From the NCBI GenBank assembly GCA_904063045.1, contig CAJFCJ010000070.1, positions 133,502 through 197,501 of the forward strand: a stretch of DNA of 64,000 bases. Direction: 5' to 3'. Position numbers and translations under genes: made by a program. The notes beneath the pieces are model-generated. The model was not told where the DNA came from and made no database searches. It worked only from the letters and a program-made list of their open reading frames with translations. Below are positions 24,026 through 35,319 of the stretch, in pieces (the stretch's first letter is position 1; every line of letters starts with the position of its first letter). Source of the DNA: Dimorphilus gyrociliatus (Eukaryota; Animalia; Annelida).

Positions 24026-26495
24026 ATATTTATATATATATATATATGTATACCAGTTTATTTTATCTTATCATTAAACTTGAATAATTCTACATTAAAA
24101 CAATTTCTAACTGAATTTTATTTCCCCAATCTTATATTTCTACAACTTTCAAATGTCTATTTTGAGATTGGATATGTATCAAAATCAATTTTTAATCTAA
24201 CACAAATTCAAAGTTTCAAACTGGAAAATGTTCATATTGAATCACGTGATAATTATATTTCTTTTTCTGGTATTATTCAATTACGTAATTTACACTTGAA
24301 TCGGATAAACATACATTATTTAAGTAGTGAATCATTTTTTAAACTTTCAAAACTTAAATATTTGAAAATAATCAATTGTCCAATTAAATCTATTGAAGAA
24401 GATGCATTTAAACATATTTCTAATCTAATAAGTTTGATATTTCATCGGGTAGTTCTTCCATCAAATTTAACCAAGAATTTTTTTAAACCATTAATAAAAC
24501 TTGAGTATTTCCGGAGTGAAAATTTCAAACTATGCTGTTTTATATCACAAATTCTTTCTCAGAAGATAAAATGCTATCCATTCATTTCAAATAATCAAAT
24601 TTGTGAACTATTACTAGGTTCACACGTGCTCAGAGTGTTTACTTGGATTTTAGGAATATGTGGATTAATTTTCAATATCCTATCAATCTTCTTGAGAATT
24701 TTCACATTCAAAAAATCAACAGCTATATTTTATTGTACTCTAGCATTTGCTGATTTGGTAGGATCTATTCAAACTGTAATATTTGCAATCAAAGACAGCG
24801 AACTTAATGGCATATATATGGAAAATGAAAGTTTATGGAAATCCAGCAAACTATGTTCTATTGTAGGCTTATTTTCAACATTTTCGCTTATTCTATCAAC
24901 TACCAGTTTATTATTAGTGACTGCAGAAAAATATAGCGAAATTGATAATATAGGCGTTGGTAAATTCAGCCTATTAAGAGTAGTTATTTTATCATTATCT
25001 AGCTGTCTTTTTGCATCGATATTGGCTGTGTTACCTTTATTCCTCTATAAAGTGAGCAACAGTATATTGTTTTTCTTCCATTTGTATAATTTAATAATTC
25101 ACAGGCCTACTACGAGCAATTTTCCACCTGTGTGTTTTAGTAAATCCACTGCTCTTTACAGGCATGCTAATATCACAGATTTTGAAACAAAGAAAACTTA
25201 ATAACAGAAATAAAAGGTCATTGATTGATTGATTGATTGAAATTAAGAAAAACCTTGTAGAATGATTATTGCTTTCATTGCAAACTGCAGTTTATTGAAA
25301 ATATTCAATTGGAAACAAATAATAAAAGTAAATTTGTTATTTCATACTTTCATGATCACTCATTCACACCTTTTTTTCAATATAGATTTAATATTTTTGA
25401 AAGGCCTATACAAGAACTTTATAATACAAGATGAAGATCAAAAACCATTTGAGAAAACAGATACAAACAAAAAATTGACTTGAAAGATTTACAACATATA
25501 CATTCTTTCCTTTTGTCCAATGACAGCAATGGATTACTGTGTAAAGAATTCATATTCACTCAATTTTAAAGAAAATGCTATTTATCCACTGGCTAGTGAT
25601 TAATTACACATATATTTGTTACATATTCATAATCAAATCATTTTTTTCCCTTCAGAAGAGATGTTATTACTATTCTTATGACGCTATTGAATGTTTTAAT
25701 GAACAATACCAACAAAAATACATGTTCGATTTTGGATTTTATATTAGGCAGGCGTTGCAAAAAGAATATGTTCAAAGAAAAATGGGTGATCAATTTGTTT
25801 GTTCAAGCAACAAACAACTTTATACATTATCACCTATGAATCATATGTACAAATCATAAATATATATATATATATATATATATACTGCATATATTTAATA
25901 AAACATTAACAACTATTGAAATTTCATCCCTTCAACTTTACAACCAGTAATTCCTTTTCAAAATTTTCTAAATGCCCAACATTTGTATTTTCACCCAAAC
26001 CTCAATCTAGATTGGAAACATTGAAATCACTTTAGCTTAACCTAACTCAGTTAAGACTAACTTGAACATCTCCATAGTAATTTAATAGCTACGAGATTCA
26101 GGGTCAAAGGTTACAACTCACAAGTATCATTTCCCCATTGATTTTCACATATAGAATTTTCACATAATTTTTTATAATAAATAAGATCCTATATAACTTT
26201 ATTAAAATTTCATAGCATTGTTTTATTTTGTCATCAAATATTCATTATAGTTACAATACATATTTTCATTTTGCAAGATTTTGTCTCATTTATTATTTCA
26301 CGATTCATGATATGAATGAATTGAATTGAATTAATGATATTAATGATTAAACTCAATATTGCCCTGCTAACTCTTTTATACCATAACAACAAATCTCCAA
26401 AGGATATAGCCAAAATACCAAAAGGTCTAAAGTAACACATATTTAAATATTCAGCTATTCAAAACAACACTGAAAAAATATATGAACCTCGATAC

Positions 26496-26528
<33 letters not shown>
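26496..26528. repeat. (GATA)n microsatellite
   Basis: Direct sequence, abutting LTR-C. Confidence 0.95.
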
Positions 26529-26529
<1 letters not shown>

Positions 26530-26530
26530 T

Positions 26531-27032
26531 TGTACAACTTATGAATATATTTGTATTATGCTTGAAACTATTATGATAGGCCTAAAACTTATGCTACTCC
26601 CAAACCACTTAAGAAAACACATTAACCTTCGGCCAAGTTATAATTTAATTATCTTTCATAAAAGACAATCATTATGTCTAGTGGACTTTGTGACATCCTC
26701 TTACAAAGAATATATAAACTCTTGTAGTTTTATTTGAGTCAGAGAGACAGAAAGCCTTCTCTCTCCTCTCTATCTCTACCTCTTGATTTGAGAAGATAAC
26801 CTGGAAACAAGCAGAAGTCTGCAACTTCTACTCCTCCTGGTTGAAAGCTACTTGGTAACTTGGCAACTGCTACAAACTATCTACCCTGATATTGAACTTT
26901 CTTATAACTACTTGCTTAAGTATCTATTTTGAATAAATCATTTAAAATTAAACATTTTTGTTTAATGGTTCGAGTAGAACCAGTACTGTTATAATTCTCA
27001 AACAAACAACTAAGTTAAGCAGAAGCAGTACA
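26531..27032 (+). mobile_element. LTR family C copy (502 bp), probable solo LTR
   Basis: TGTACAAC...GCAGTACA termini. Flanks ATAT/ATGT (one mismatch from a 4-bp TSD). Homologous to 23391-24025. Confidence 0.85.
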
Positions 27033-27078
27033 ATGTTGGTAAGAAACATCAACAAGTTCAACAACTTTTGGAATACAT

Positions 27079-29667
27079 TCAGGATACTTTAACAAGACAT
27101 AAAGAGCACATCAGCTTTGCAAATGATCTTGGTATTGATGCTGGTTTGTCTACAACTGAACACTTAACTGGTTCCCCTCTTCTAATAAAGAATGGAAGAG
27201 AAACTTGTTTTGTTGCAAAATTAATAATGGCTCCAGAATTTCGTAGGAAGTCACAACCAAGTATTATAGCCATATCCAATTTTTCCATAATGAAAAATTC
27301 TTGTTTCATAATTCTTCCAGCGAACTGGATGTTCAATCTTGCTTTTCCTTTAGTCTTTAAAGCTTTTCCATCTGCTGAAGTGATGTTTGGTAAGTTAGTG
27401 GTTTCTATCTTGATGAATTTATGGTCCATTAACTTGATTTCTTTTTCTGTAATAAAGGACATAAGGGCTCCTGTATCACATAATGCAATGACTTCTCTTC
27501 CATTGTGGTTCTTCATTCTAAACTGAAAATCATCTCTGCCTTTTACTTGAGAGGTGCACTTGAAATGTGCAATTTTGTCCTCTTTAAGGTTAAAGATTGC
27601 CATTGTTCCTTTAGAAGTTTCTCTTTCATTTGGTTCATCAGGTTCAGTATGTATTAGTCTGTTAAATGTGCCTCTTTCCATTGCTGTGTTTCCCATTCTT
27701 TGATGTGGTTGAAATCTATTTTGGGTAAAATTTATGTTTGGATTAATTGGGTTATTGTCAAATCTTCGTTTAAATTGTTTGAATTCCTTTTCATCTTCTT
27801 TCCTTGCATCGTTGAAAAATACCTCTGCTCTTTTTGCCAGTTTAATATACTGGTCCACTGAGCTGATTTTTCCATCTTTTTCCACATGATTAACAATTTT
27901 TCCTTTAAGACCATTCCTGAATACAGTTAACAGTTGAAGCTCTCTAACGCTTTGTGTAACACAAGCCATTTCTGTATTATTGAATGGTAGTAATTTTTCC
28001 ACAAGTTCTTTACTTCTTCTAATAAAACTTTGAACAGTTTCATCATTAAACTGTCTCAATCTATCAATATCTTTTTTAAAAGCCATAGGATCTGGATTGA
28101 ATTCTTCATCCAATGCATCCCAAATTTCATTTTCATTTGCCATGAAGGGTAAGCTTTCAATAACATCTCTGGCTCTTCCAGTAGTGTATTTTCTCAGCAT
28201 TCGAATTCTTTTCTCCTCTGTGTCCCAAAGGTTCAATTCACAAGCTGTTTGAAAGTTCCTCTTAAAGGACCAAGTATCTTTGCTACCAGAATAGGGTCTC
28301 AGCAAAGTAGTATTAGATGAATACGACAGAAGTCGCCCAGGGCAGAAGTCGCCCAGGACAGAAGTCGCCCAGACATTGATAGAAGTCGCCCAGAGCTGTG
28401 ACAGAAGTCGCCCAGAAGTGTGATAGAAGTCACCCAGGACTATGACAGAAGTCGCCCAGAAGTGTACTAGAAGTTTACAGTATGCTTAATAAAATGCAAA
28501 ATATATGAAAATAATTTATGAAGTAGTTTGTATTTATTATTTGTAATCTCTGAGTGATAATGAAAGAAATTGTTTTACCAGTTTTTTTTGTAGAGTAATG
28601 TTTTACCACTTGATTTGTTGTGAAAATTGAATTGTTAGCTATTCGAATTAAGTGATTTTCTGCATTGTAATCCTTCAAAAGTAACAATTGTTTTGATAAA
28701 AATATTAGTCTCTTTAAAATCATGTATATATCTTACAATTTTTTTTTAATTCTCATGATCTTTGACATAAGAGGTATTTGAAAGAAATTGATGAACATGG
28801 CAAAATTCTGCTTTGAATGTAGAAACAAATTTAATAAATTAAATGAAATGCATAAGATTTTTAGTTTAAAACTCAATACTGTACTTTGTATTGTGATTGT
28901 GGGAATTTTCTGCTGTACTGATCCAAATAGAACCTCAAGTTTGTGCACAAGTTTAAGCAAATAAATGATATTTATGTGAAACCTTCAACAGAATGCCAGT
29001 ATTTTATTATTTAATTCATTCACTATTTAGTTATTATTAAATGATGCATTCTATATTTATTAATACTTATTATATATTTCAATTGTCAGAAATCAATAGA
29101 AACAAAGAACAAACACATTATGTCTTCTACAGTTCTAGGCGACTTCTGTCATAGTCCTGGGCGACTTCTATCACAGTTCTGGGCGACTTCTGTCACAGCT
29201 CTGGGCGACTTCTATCAATTTCTGGGCGACTTCTGTCCTGGGCGACTTCTGCCCTGGGCGACTTCTGTTGTTCCCGTATTAGATTTCTCATTAGCATCAA
29301 TTAAAAGACTTGCAATTGTCTTTACCAAAGCATTATCTTGAAAGCCAGAATTACTGAATTTTGGTTGAGTAGGATCAGGATTAACCATACCTTCAGGAAT
29401 TGTAGTTCCCCCAGTTAATGAATGGTATTTCAAAAAGCTATTACCATCAATCTTGGCTCCACTACCCTTAATTCTCAACATTAATTCATTTATTTTAGAG
29501 AGATACTCATCTATTTCTTTTGCTCTGGTTTTGTCACTTTCATAAACCAAAATATCAGTCCTTAGAGTTGAATTGTGGGCTGTCAACTGCACCATATTTG
29601 TACTTTGTTGTATTGTAATTGTAGGAATTTCTGCTTCTTCAGAACAGTATTCATCCTTTCCAATCAT
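27079..29667 (-). mobile_element. Ty3/gypsy Gag-aspartic protease ORF interrupted by a MULE; no RT/IN
   Basis: Capsid-like LRPYSG...W..LDEEF...LRQFNDETVQSF...FRNGL and retropepsin ALCDTGA and ILGCDFL. Removing 28319-29275 plus one TSD gives a single open frame DANEKSN-TTLLRPYSG of 1623 nt (540 aa). Confidence 0.93.
28319..29275. mobile_element. Non-autonomous MULE (957 bp, AGAAGTCGCCC family)
   Basis: Ends GAATACGACAGAAGTCGCCC and (reverse complement) GGGAACAACAGAAGTCGCCC with 6-7 subterminal repeats at each end. Perfect TSD GTATTAGAT (28310-28318, 29276-29284). Confidence 0.96.
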
Positions 29668-30364
29668 TTATCAATTTACCAAAGTACTAGTCCAATTAGA
29701 ACCTTTCAAGTTCATCCACAAATAGTCTTAACAAATGTAATTTTGGTAGAAATAATTCAACAAAATACCAGTATTTCGTCCAAAGAATATGTATTGAGTA
29801 AATGAGTTTCTAGTTCTAAACAAGTAAGTTTAAACAACCAGTTAACAGTTAAAGAACTGAACTGACAAGCTGGGGAAATGCATTTCCTTTTATACATTTC
29901 CAAAGCTTGGGTTCAAGTGGTCAAAGGATTACAAAGTTGAAATCTGACAGTCTCATAATTCTCATGTAACAAAAATATGAAAAACTGTTATATCACACAT
30001 ATAAAATATAATCCTAAGATTAGGGCCACATGTCAAACATGTGCCACAGTAAACAGGCCGGCCTCATCAGCATCTGGTGTTTGACCTGCATCTTTTCCAT
30101 GTTCTTTGTTCCTTTGTTAATTCCCAAGTAGCCACCATCTGTTACAGTCAAGAGTCTATTTCTTACGAAATAGAGTTCTTTCTAAAGTACTAAAAGCTAA
30201 CACTACAAAATAAAAGTCTTTCTAAAATTCTACCACTATAATTCCTACAAAATATAAGTATTTCTATAGTTGCACCAGTCTAATTCTTATAAAATAGAAG
30301 TCTTTCTAATGTACCCTTATATCTAAAGTCTAAGTATTGATATATCATTATATCTAAGTGCACA
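29599..30364 (-). mobile_element. 5-prime LTR, family B (766 bp), followed by putative PBS
   Basis: Minus strand TGTGCAC...AAAGTACA. Both boundaries are shared with dispersed copies. It is followed by AATA-TGGTGCAGTTG, a weak tRNA-Gly-like PBS at about 29583-29594. Confidence 0.82.
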
Positions 30365-30618
30365 GATTTAATGGCAGAAAGAGTAGATTTCAAATATCAG
30401 AATGAGAGTTAAAAAAAAATTTTTTTTCTACAAAATAAATATAATAAGCTTAGGCTGTTGAAAAAAATCACCACTAGAGGACTCTATGAGTTGTTTACAG
30501 GTACTTTCATTTGAATGGTGTAGGAATTTAAATAGTCCCCTTCATTTTCGTGCCATCTTTTAAAAAGGTAAGAGCTCAGTTATGTAAAATAAACCTCAAA
30601 ATTCTCAATATTCATTTC

Positions 30619-31585
30619 TGTGCTTTTTGAAAAGTACAGCCTGGCTTTTTAAGCTTTTTCTCTGACTTTTTGGCATGTAGAGTATGAAATAATCTTTGTG
30701 TAGGTTCTGTTTTGTCCATGCATTTGACTAATGTTACTGTAGTAATATTTTTCATTTGCATTGTTTTGTCTTTAGTTTAGCATGTGTAGGCATAGATATA
30801 GGCTATGTTGTAATGTTATTGTTTGATTGTGCTTTTTGAAAAGTACAATCCCCTGTTTTCTTCAAATTTGTATAAGTAGGTAAAAAATTAATCTTTGGGT
30901 AGGTCTTATTCTGTTTTTTGTGCTATTTGATTATATATCATAACCATCAAAATAGGATGGAAATTCTGGTCTCTTTAGAAAAAGACCTCCAACTGAAACA
31001 ACTACTGGTCCTTCATAATAGTTGTTTTCAGCATTATTATTGTAAAATGAAAATGTTGATTTACTAAATTCTTTTTTATTAATTATCAAGTCAAAAAATG
31101 AACAGAGTAGAAGAGAAAACAACCACAAATTTTTCATATTCTTTCTCTCTCTTTAAAACGAAAGAGACTGTAGATGATGGTGCATGATTTCTTTAACTAA
31201 CCTTTTTAAATTATTATTAATTCTTCTTTTTGTACTAAAGGCATGTAGAGTACTGTATAATACTATTCCAAGATTGTTGTCCATTCATCAATGGAATGTA
31301 ACAATTTTGGTGCACACTATGAAAAGTGCATACTCATTGGTAAGCATATGCATACAGTGTATGATAATGACCTACAAGTGTGCATATAAGTTAATTAGGC
31401 TTAATATTCAAATTAATTATAAATTAGTATAAATGGTAGTGTATGTTGTATCTTAGGCGTTTAGAGTACTGTATAATACTATTCCAATACTGCTTTTCCA
31501 TTGATGAATGGAATGTAACAATTTTGGGCACACACTATGAAGTGTGCGTACTCCTTGGAAAGTATTTGTGTATGGTGCACGTAAA
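30619..31585. repeat. Degenerate tandem duplications with a period of about 210 bp
   Basis: TGTGCTTTTTGAAAAGTACA at 30619 and 30828 (209 apart). TAGAGTACTGTATAATACTATTCCA at 31246 and 31462 (216 apart). Confidence 0.75.
30931..31137 (-). CDS. Possible small secreted peptide or first exon
   Basis: ATG-initiated 68-aa ORF with signal-peptide-like MKNLWLFSLLLCSFFDLII and a KR dibasic site. No homology recognised. Confidence 0.25.
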   Translation of the reverse strand: MKNLWLFSLLLCSFFDLIINKKEFSKSTFSFYNNNAENNYYEGPVVVSVGGLFLKRPEFPSYFDGYDI

Positions 31586-31596
31586 CTTCCTAAATA

Positions 31597-31989
31597 TGTA
31601 CAAAGCAAGTAGTTATAAGAAAGTTCAATATCAGGGTAGATAGTTTGTAGCAGTTGCCAAGTTACCAAGTAGCTTTCAACCAGGAGGAGTAGAAGTTGCA
31701 GACTTCTGCTTGTTTCCAGGTTATCTTCTCAAATCAAGAGGTAGAGATAGAGAGGAGAGAGAAGGCTTTCTGTCTCTCTGACTCAAATAAAACTACAAGA
31801 GTTTATATATTCTTTGTAAGAGGATGTCACAAAGTCCACTAGACATAATGGTTGTCTTTTATGAAAGTTAATTAAATTATAACTGGACCAAAGGTTAATG
31901 TGTTTTATTAAGTGGTTTGGGAGTGGCATAAGTTTTAGGCCTATCATAATAGCTTCAAGTACAATAAAAATATATTCGTAAGTTGTACA
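31597..31989 (-). repeat. LTR family C copy in inverted orientation relative to 26531
   Basis: Reverse complement of 26531-26917. It lacks the AATAAA/hairpin segment and ends in TGTACA. Confidence 0.92.
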
Positions 31990-32948
31990 CTATTTTATCA
32001 TAATTTTATCAAAATTAATTTGAAAAACCCTAAGTTGTACAATAGTAATATGTTTTTTTTTAATATTGACAACACAGGATTGGTAATGTCAATCCTATAT
32101 TTATATTTTTCCTAGATTTATAAATAAAGAAACTTGAAACTAATAAAAAAAATATAAATCTCTTTGTTACAATATTCTTTTATTTATTTATTGAAAATAT
32201 TTCTATTTTTAATCCAATATCTAAGATTGTTGTCTTGAAAGAAATGATTGTCAGAAATAGGATCTTTGTTCGGGGATTTTGAAGGAGTGGTTAGGGGATC
32301 AAATAGTTTTGCCCTAATCCAACAACTGAATGAATAAATTAACTTAATATGTATTAATATTAGGAATAACGATTTGAAAATGTTGTTGGAAATTATTAGT
32401 TATTTAGAGTTATTAGAGTTATAAAATATTTATTTGTTTCATTAGGCCTATTTTATATTATTCAATGAATATTTTATTTATACATTGAATAGAAAAAAGA
32501 ATACAAAAGAAATAATAAAAAAAGATACAAAAGAACTTGCTAGAGAACAAATTTAAATAGTGACACAGCTAGCGTAGGCAAAGATTTTTTCATAACTCTT
32601 GATATCAGAGTATCCTCTAGAATCCTTTACAAAAGCACATATAAAAAAAATATATATTTTATTTTAGTGTTTTCATAATTAAAAAAAATAACAATAATTT
32701 TTAACAGTAGAAATAAATATATTAAAATTGTAAGTAGCTCAATAAACATACAAAGAAAAGTGTAATTAATTAGGACAAAACATTTTGAGTCTGAAATAAA
32801 TCATTATATCACAAAGAAAACTATCCTTTGCCCAATATTGTCAGTAGGAGGCGCCTTGGAGTCTTAGCAAACACTACAACAGCATTTTTATTTGTGACTC
32901 CAACAAGTCACAAAAAGAGAAAGTTTGGTATTTTTTGAAGAAATACAA

Positions 32949-34658
32949 ATGGAGGTGGGACTTATTAATTCAACTGGTAGATACCTGACAGCTGAATTCT
33001 TTGGATTCAGAATTAATGCAACTGCAACAACTTTGGGAAAGAAACAATGTTGGTTTATTGAACCTGGTGATAATAATGTTTTCTACATAAGATCTCATCT
33101 TGGACGATATTTAAGTGGTGATGAAAAGGGAAATGTCTCATGTACATCAGAAAGTAAAGGACCTAATGAGCAATTTATTATTGAGTATTGTCCAGAAAAT
33201 TCAGGACGCTGGGCTCTCCGGAATCAGCAAACAAGTCGCTATTTTGGAGGCAATGAAGACCTTTTGAAATGTTATGAGAAAGAACCAACTTCCATGGAAT
33301 GGTGGATTCCACATTTGGCCATTCATCCTCAAATAAATTTACAACATGTCCATAGAAAGACAGTTGCTTGTCTAAAAGACAACAGCTTGTTATGCTTGAA
33401 GACCATTCCATGGGGTAGTGATAGTCTTATCACCATTGATTGGGAAGGTAAAGATGGAGAAGCAAAATACAGTTTGAAATCAGCTAATAATCTTTACCTT
33501 GAACAAAATGGAGATTTAAAGGAAAACTCATCACAGGCATGTTTATACAGACTTGAGGTTATATGTGGACTTAAAGGTGGTTTGGCATTTAAAGATGAAG
33601 CTGAAAAATATCTTACTGCAGTTGGACCATATGGAAAAATGCAAACAAGAAAAGGCACAATTGGCATGGAAGAATCATTCATATTCCAAAACAGTTATCC
33701 ACAAGGAGCAATGTTGGCACAAAATCACAGGAATGTGTCAATTCGGCAAGGTAAATGATTAATCATGTAATCTTTTAAGAAAAAATTTTTGAGATTATAC
33801 ACAAAAATAGGATTACAATAGCCCAGAGAGAAAACAGCTAAATACTTATTTTTTTTAAAAAGTAGGAAAAGTAGTTAGAGTTTTTCAAAGAGGTTTTATT
33901 TGTTTGCTTCCAATTTTAGGTGTATCGTTATTAGCTAATCAACAAGAATTGGAAGATAATGAAATACATCAACTTGAATTTGAGAAAGAAAGTGGAGGTT
34001 GGTCCTTTAGAGCTGCAAATGGTAAATTATGGACAGTGGTCAATGATGGTATTGATGCAATAGCTGACAAGAAAAGTAAACACATACTATTTGATTTAGA
34101 ATACTTTTCAGATGGTTGGATGGCAGTTAAAGCAAGGGTTAGCAAGAAGTACCTCACTTTAAAAGACTCTAGCGGAAAATTATCAGCAGCAAGTACCCAT
34201 CCTGAAAAATTTTTATTCTCCATGATTAACAGACCTATAATTGTATTACGTACTGAATATGGATTCATAGGGTACAATCAATATGACATGTCGATAAAAT
34301 GTGATAATAATTTATCTCATACTTTCTTTTTGGAGCACAGAAATGGTGAATATCATATTAAAGGTTGGTATACTTTCAAATAAATAATTTTCCAATACTT
34401 GTTTTACATTAAATGACATTTTAATTCAAATTAATTTAACTGACAGAGAAGCAAAACACTGGCAATTATTGCTGGACAGTGACAAGTAATAAGAAAGTTA
34501 TGTTACATGATGGTGTAGCATATCCATTCTACTTTGAGCATTCATCACAAAATAAATTTGTTATAAGAACGCAAGCAAATGTTTATATTAAGTGTGAACA
34601 AAATGGTACTGTGAAGGCAGAAGCCAACAGACAAAATGCAACAGAAATCGAATTTTAG
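32949..34658 (+). CDS. FSCN: Fascin (actin-bundling, four beta-trefoil domains), 3 exons, 485 aa
   Basis: Exons 32949-33750, 33920-34363 and 34447-34658 with phase-1 GT-AG introns. Motifs GLINSTGRYLTAEFFGFRINA, YIRSHLGRYLSGD, HLAIHPQINL, RPIIVLRTEYGFIG and CEQNGTVKA. Confidence 0.96.
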
Positions 34659-34839
34659 AAAAAAAACTATCTTTGCAAAATTTTTAACAACACTTCTACT
34701 TCTCTGAATGAGTAGATAATGTATGCTTTGGGTTATTCCTAAAAATGTTTTCCAGTTTTGCAGTGGTTTTTAAAAAGTTTTAAAAAAAATTATACCTATT
34801 GGAGTTAATATAACTTTTGAAGTGATTATATCTGTGATT

Positions 34840-35080
34840 TTGTTAGGGTTTGAGGTTGGGGTTTAGGGGAGGGTTATAAAAAATTTTTAGGGTTTAGGTT
34901 GTTTTGGTAGGGTTGAAATCCACTCACAAAACTGTACTTGATGATAGTATTGTGATAGGCTAGAGTTTAAGTTATTGGATATGTGGCATATATAAACCAC
35001 ACTGTCTTGTGCTGGTTAGGGAACTGGTTAGTACCACTTCCACTGTTTCTTTGAGTACCAGGGTTAGGGTTTTTCAATTT
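34840..35080. repeat. Degenerate TTAGGG-rich MITE-like remnant
   Basis: TTAGGGTTTGAGGTTGGGGTTTAGGGGGAGGG...GGGTTAGGG; ends not recognisable. Confidence 0.4.
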
Positions 35081-35319
35081 AATTTTGACAAAAGTCAAAA
35101 TTATAATAAAGTAGTTTTTCAACTAAGCTATAAATGTGTTAAATAGTTGACCTATGCTTAAGATTATTAGGGTTAAGACAAAAATGTTATGGTTTTGCAA
35201 ATAATTTCTAAACTAAAAAAGATGTATTAAAAGAAAGTGATCTAAAACAAAAAAATCTAATGCTATCACTACTTAACTCTATTTGATCACCATTGTCAAT
35301 ACAGCTTTGCCAGTGTGAT

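Larger units (their letters stand above)
22116..25140 (+). pseudogene. GRL101/LGR-type receptor remnant 3 (CTL, degenerate LDLa, LRR, TM1-TM4)
   Basis: CTL-like DTCYYLFVSNKKYDVYEIESFC and broken LDLa CLDNSDE. The open LRR-hinge exon includes FKLCCF...CELLLGSHVLRVFTWILG, LAFADL, WKSSKLCSIVG and VTAEKY. Donor at 25051; the next exon AYYEQFSTCVF* truncates. Contains a solo LTR. Confidence 0.85.

Noticed and set aside
15313-25140. Remnants 2 and 3 as scrambled halves of one receptor gene
   Set aside because: Remnant 3 retains the start of the same exon (AYYEQFSTCVF), which differs from remnant 2 (MYFSKSPICCT), so they are different paralogues.
25575-25859. Short open exon KRCYYYSYDAIEC...YKS*
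   Set aside because: A plausible acceptor exists, but there are no linked exons or recognisable family; too weak to annotate.
27068-27526. Antisense and shadow ORFs in the track (for example 449, 27068, 33178, 37364, 38104, 38559, 59803, 60486)
   Set aside because: They overlap real genes on the opposite strand or are low-complexity AT-rich frames with no motifs or splice support.
28319-28470. CRISPR-like array of AGAAGTCGCCC repeats with short spacers (also 9490, 10400, 29140, 36560, 53010)
   Set aside because: Repeats are 11-13 nt, occur as inverted sets at both element ends with 9-bp TSDs, and there are no cas genes; they are MULE subterminal repeats in a eukaryote.
28319-29275. MITE acting as a self-made intron (introner) that rescues gag
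   Set aside because: No GT/GC...AG boundaries at or within the TSD on the coding strand.
26531-31989. DIRS-type element with inverted terminal repeats
   Set aside because: It encodes an aspartic protease and no tyrosine recombinase or RT. The same repeat occurs as a solo LTR with TG...CA ends and a 4-bp TSD at 23391.
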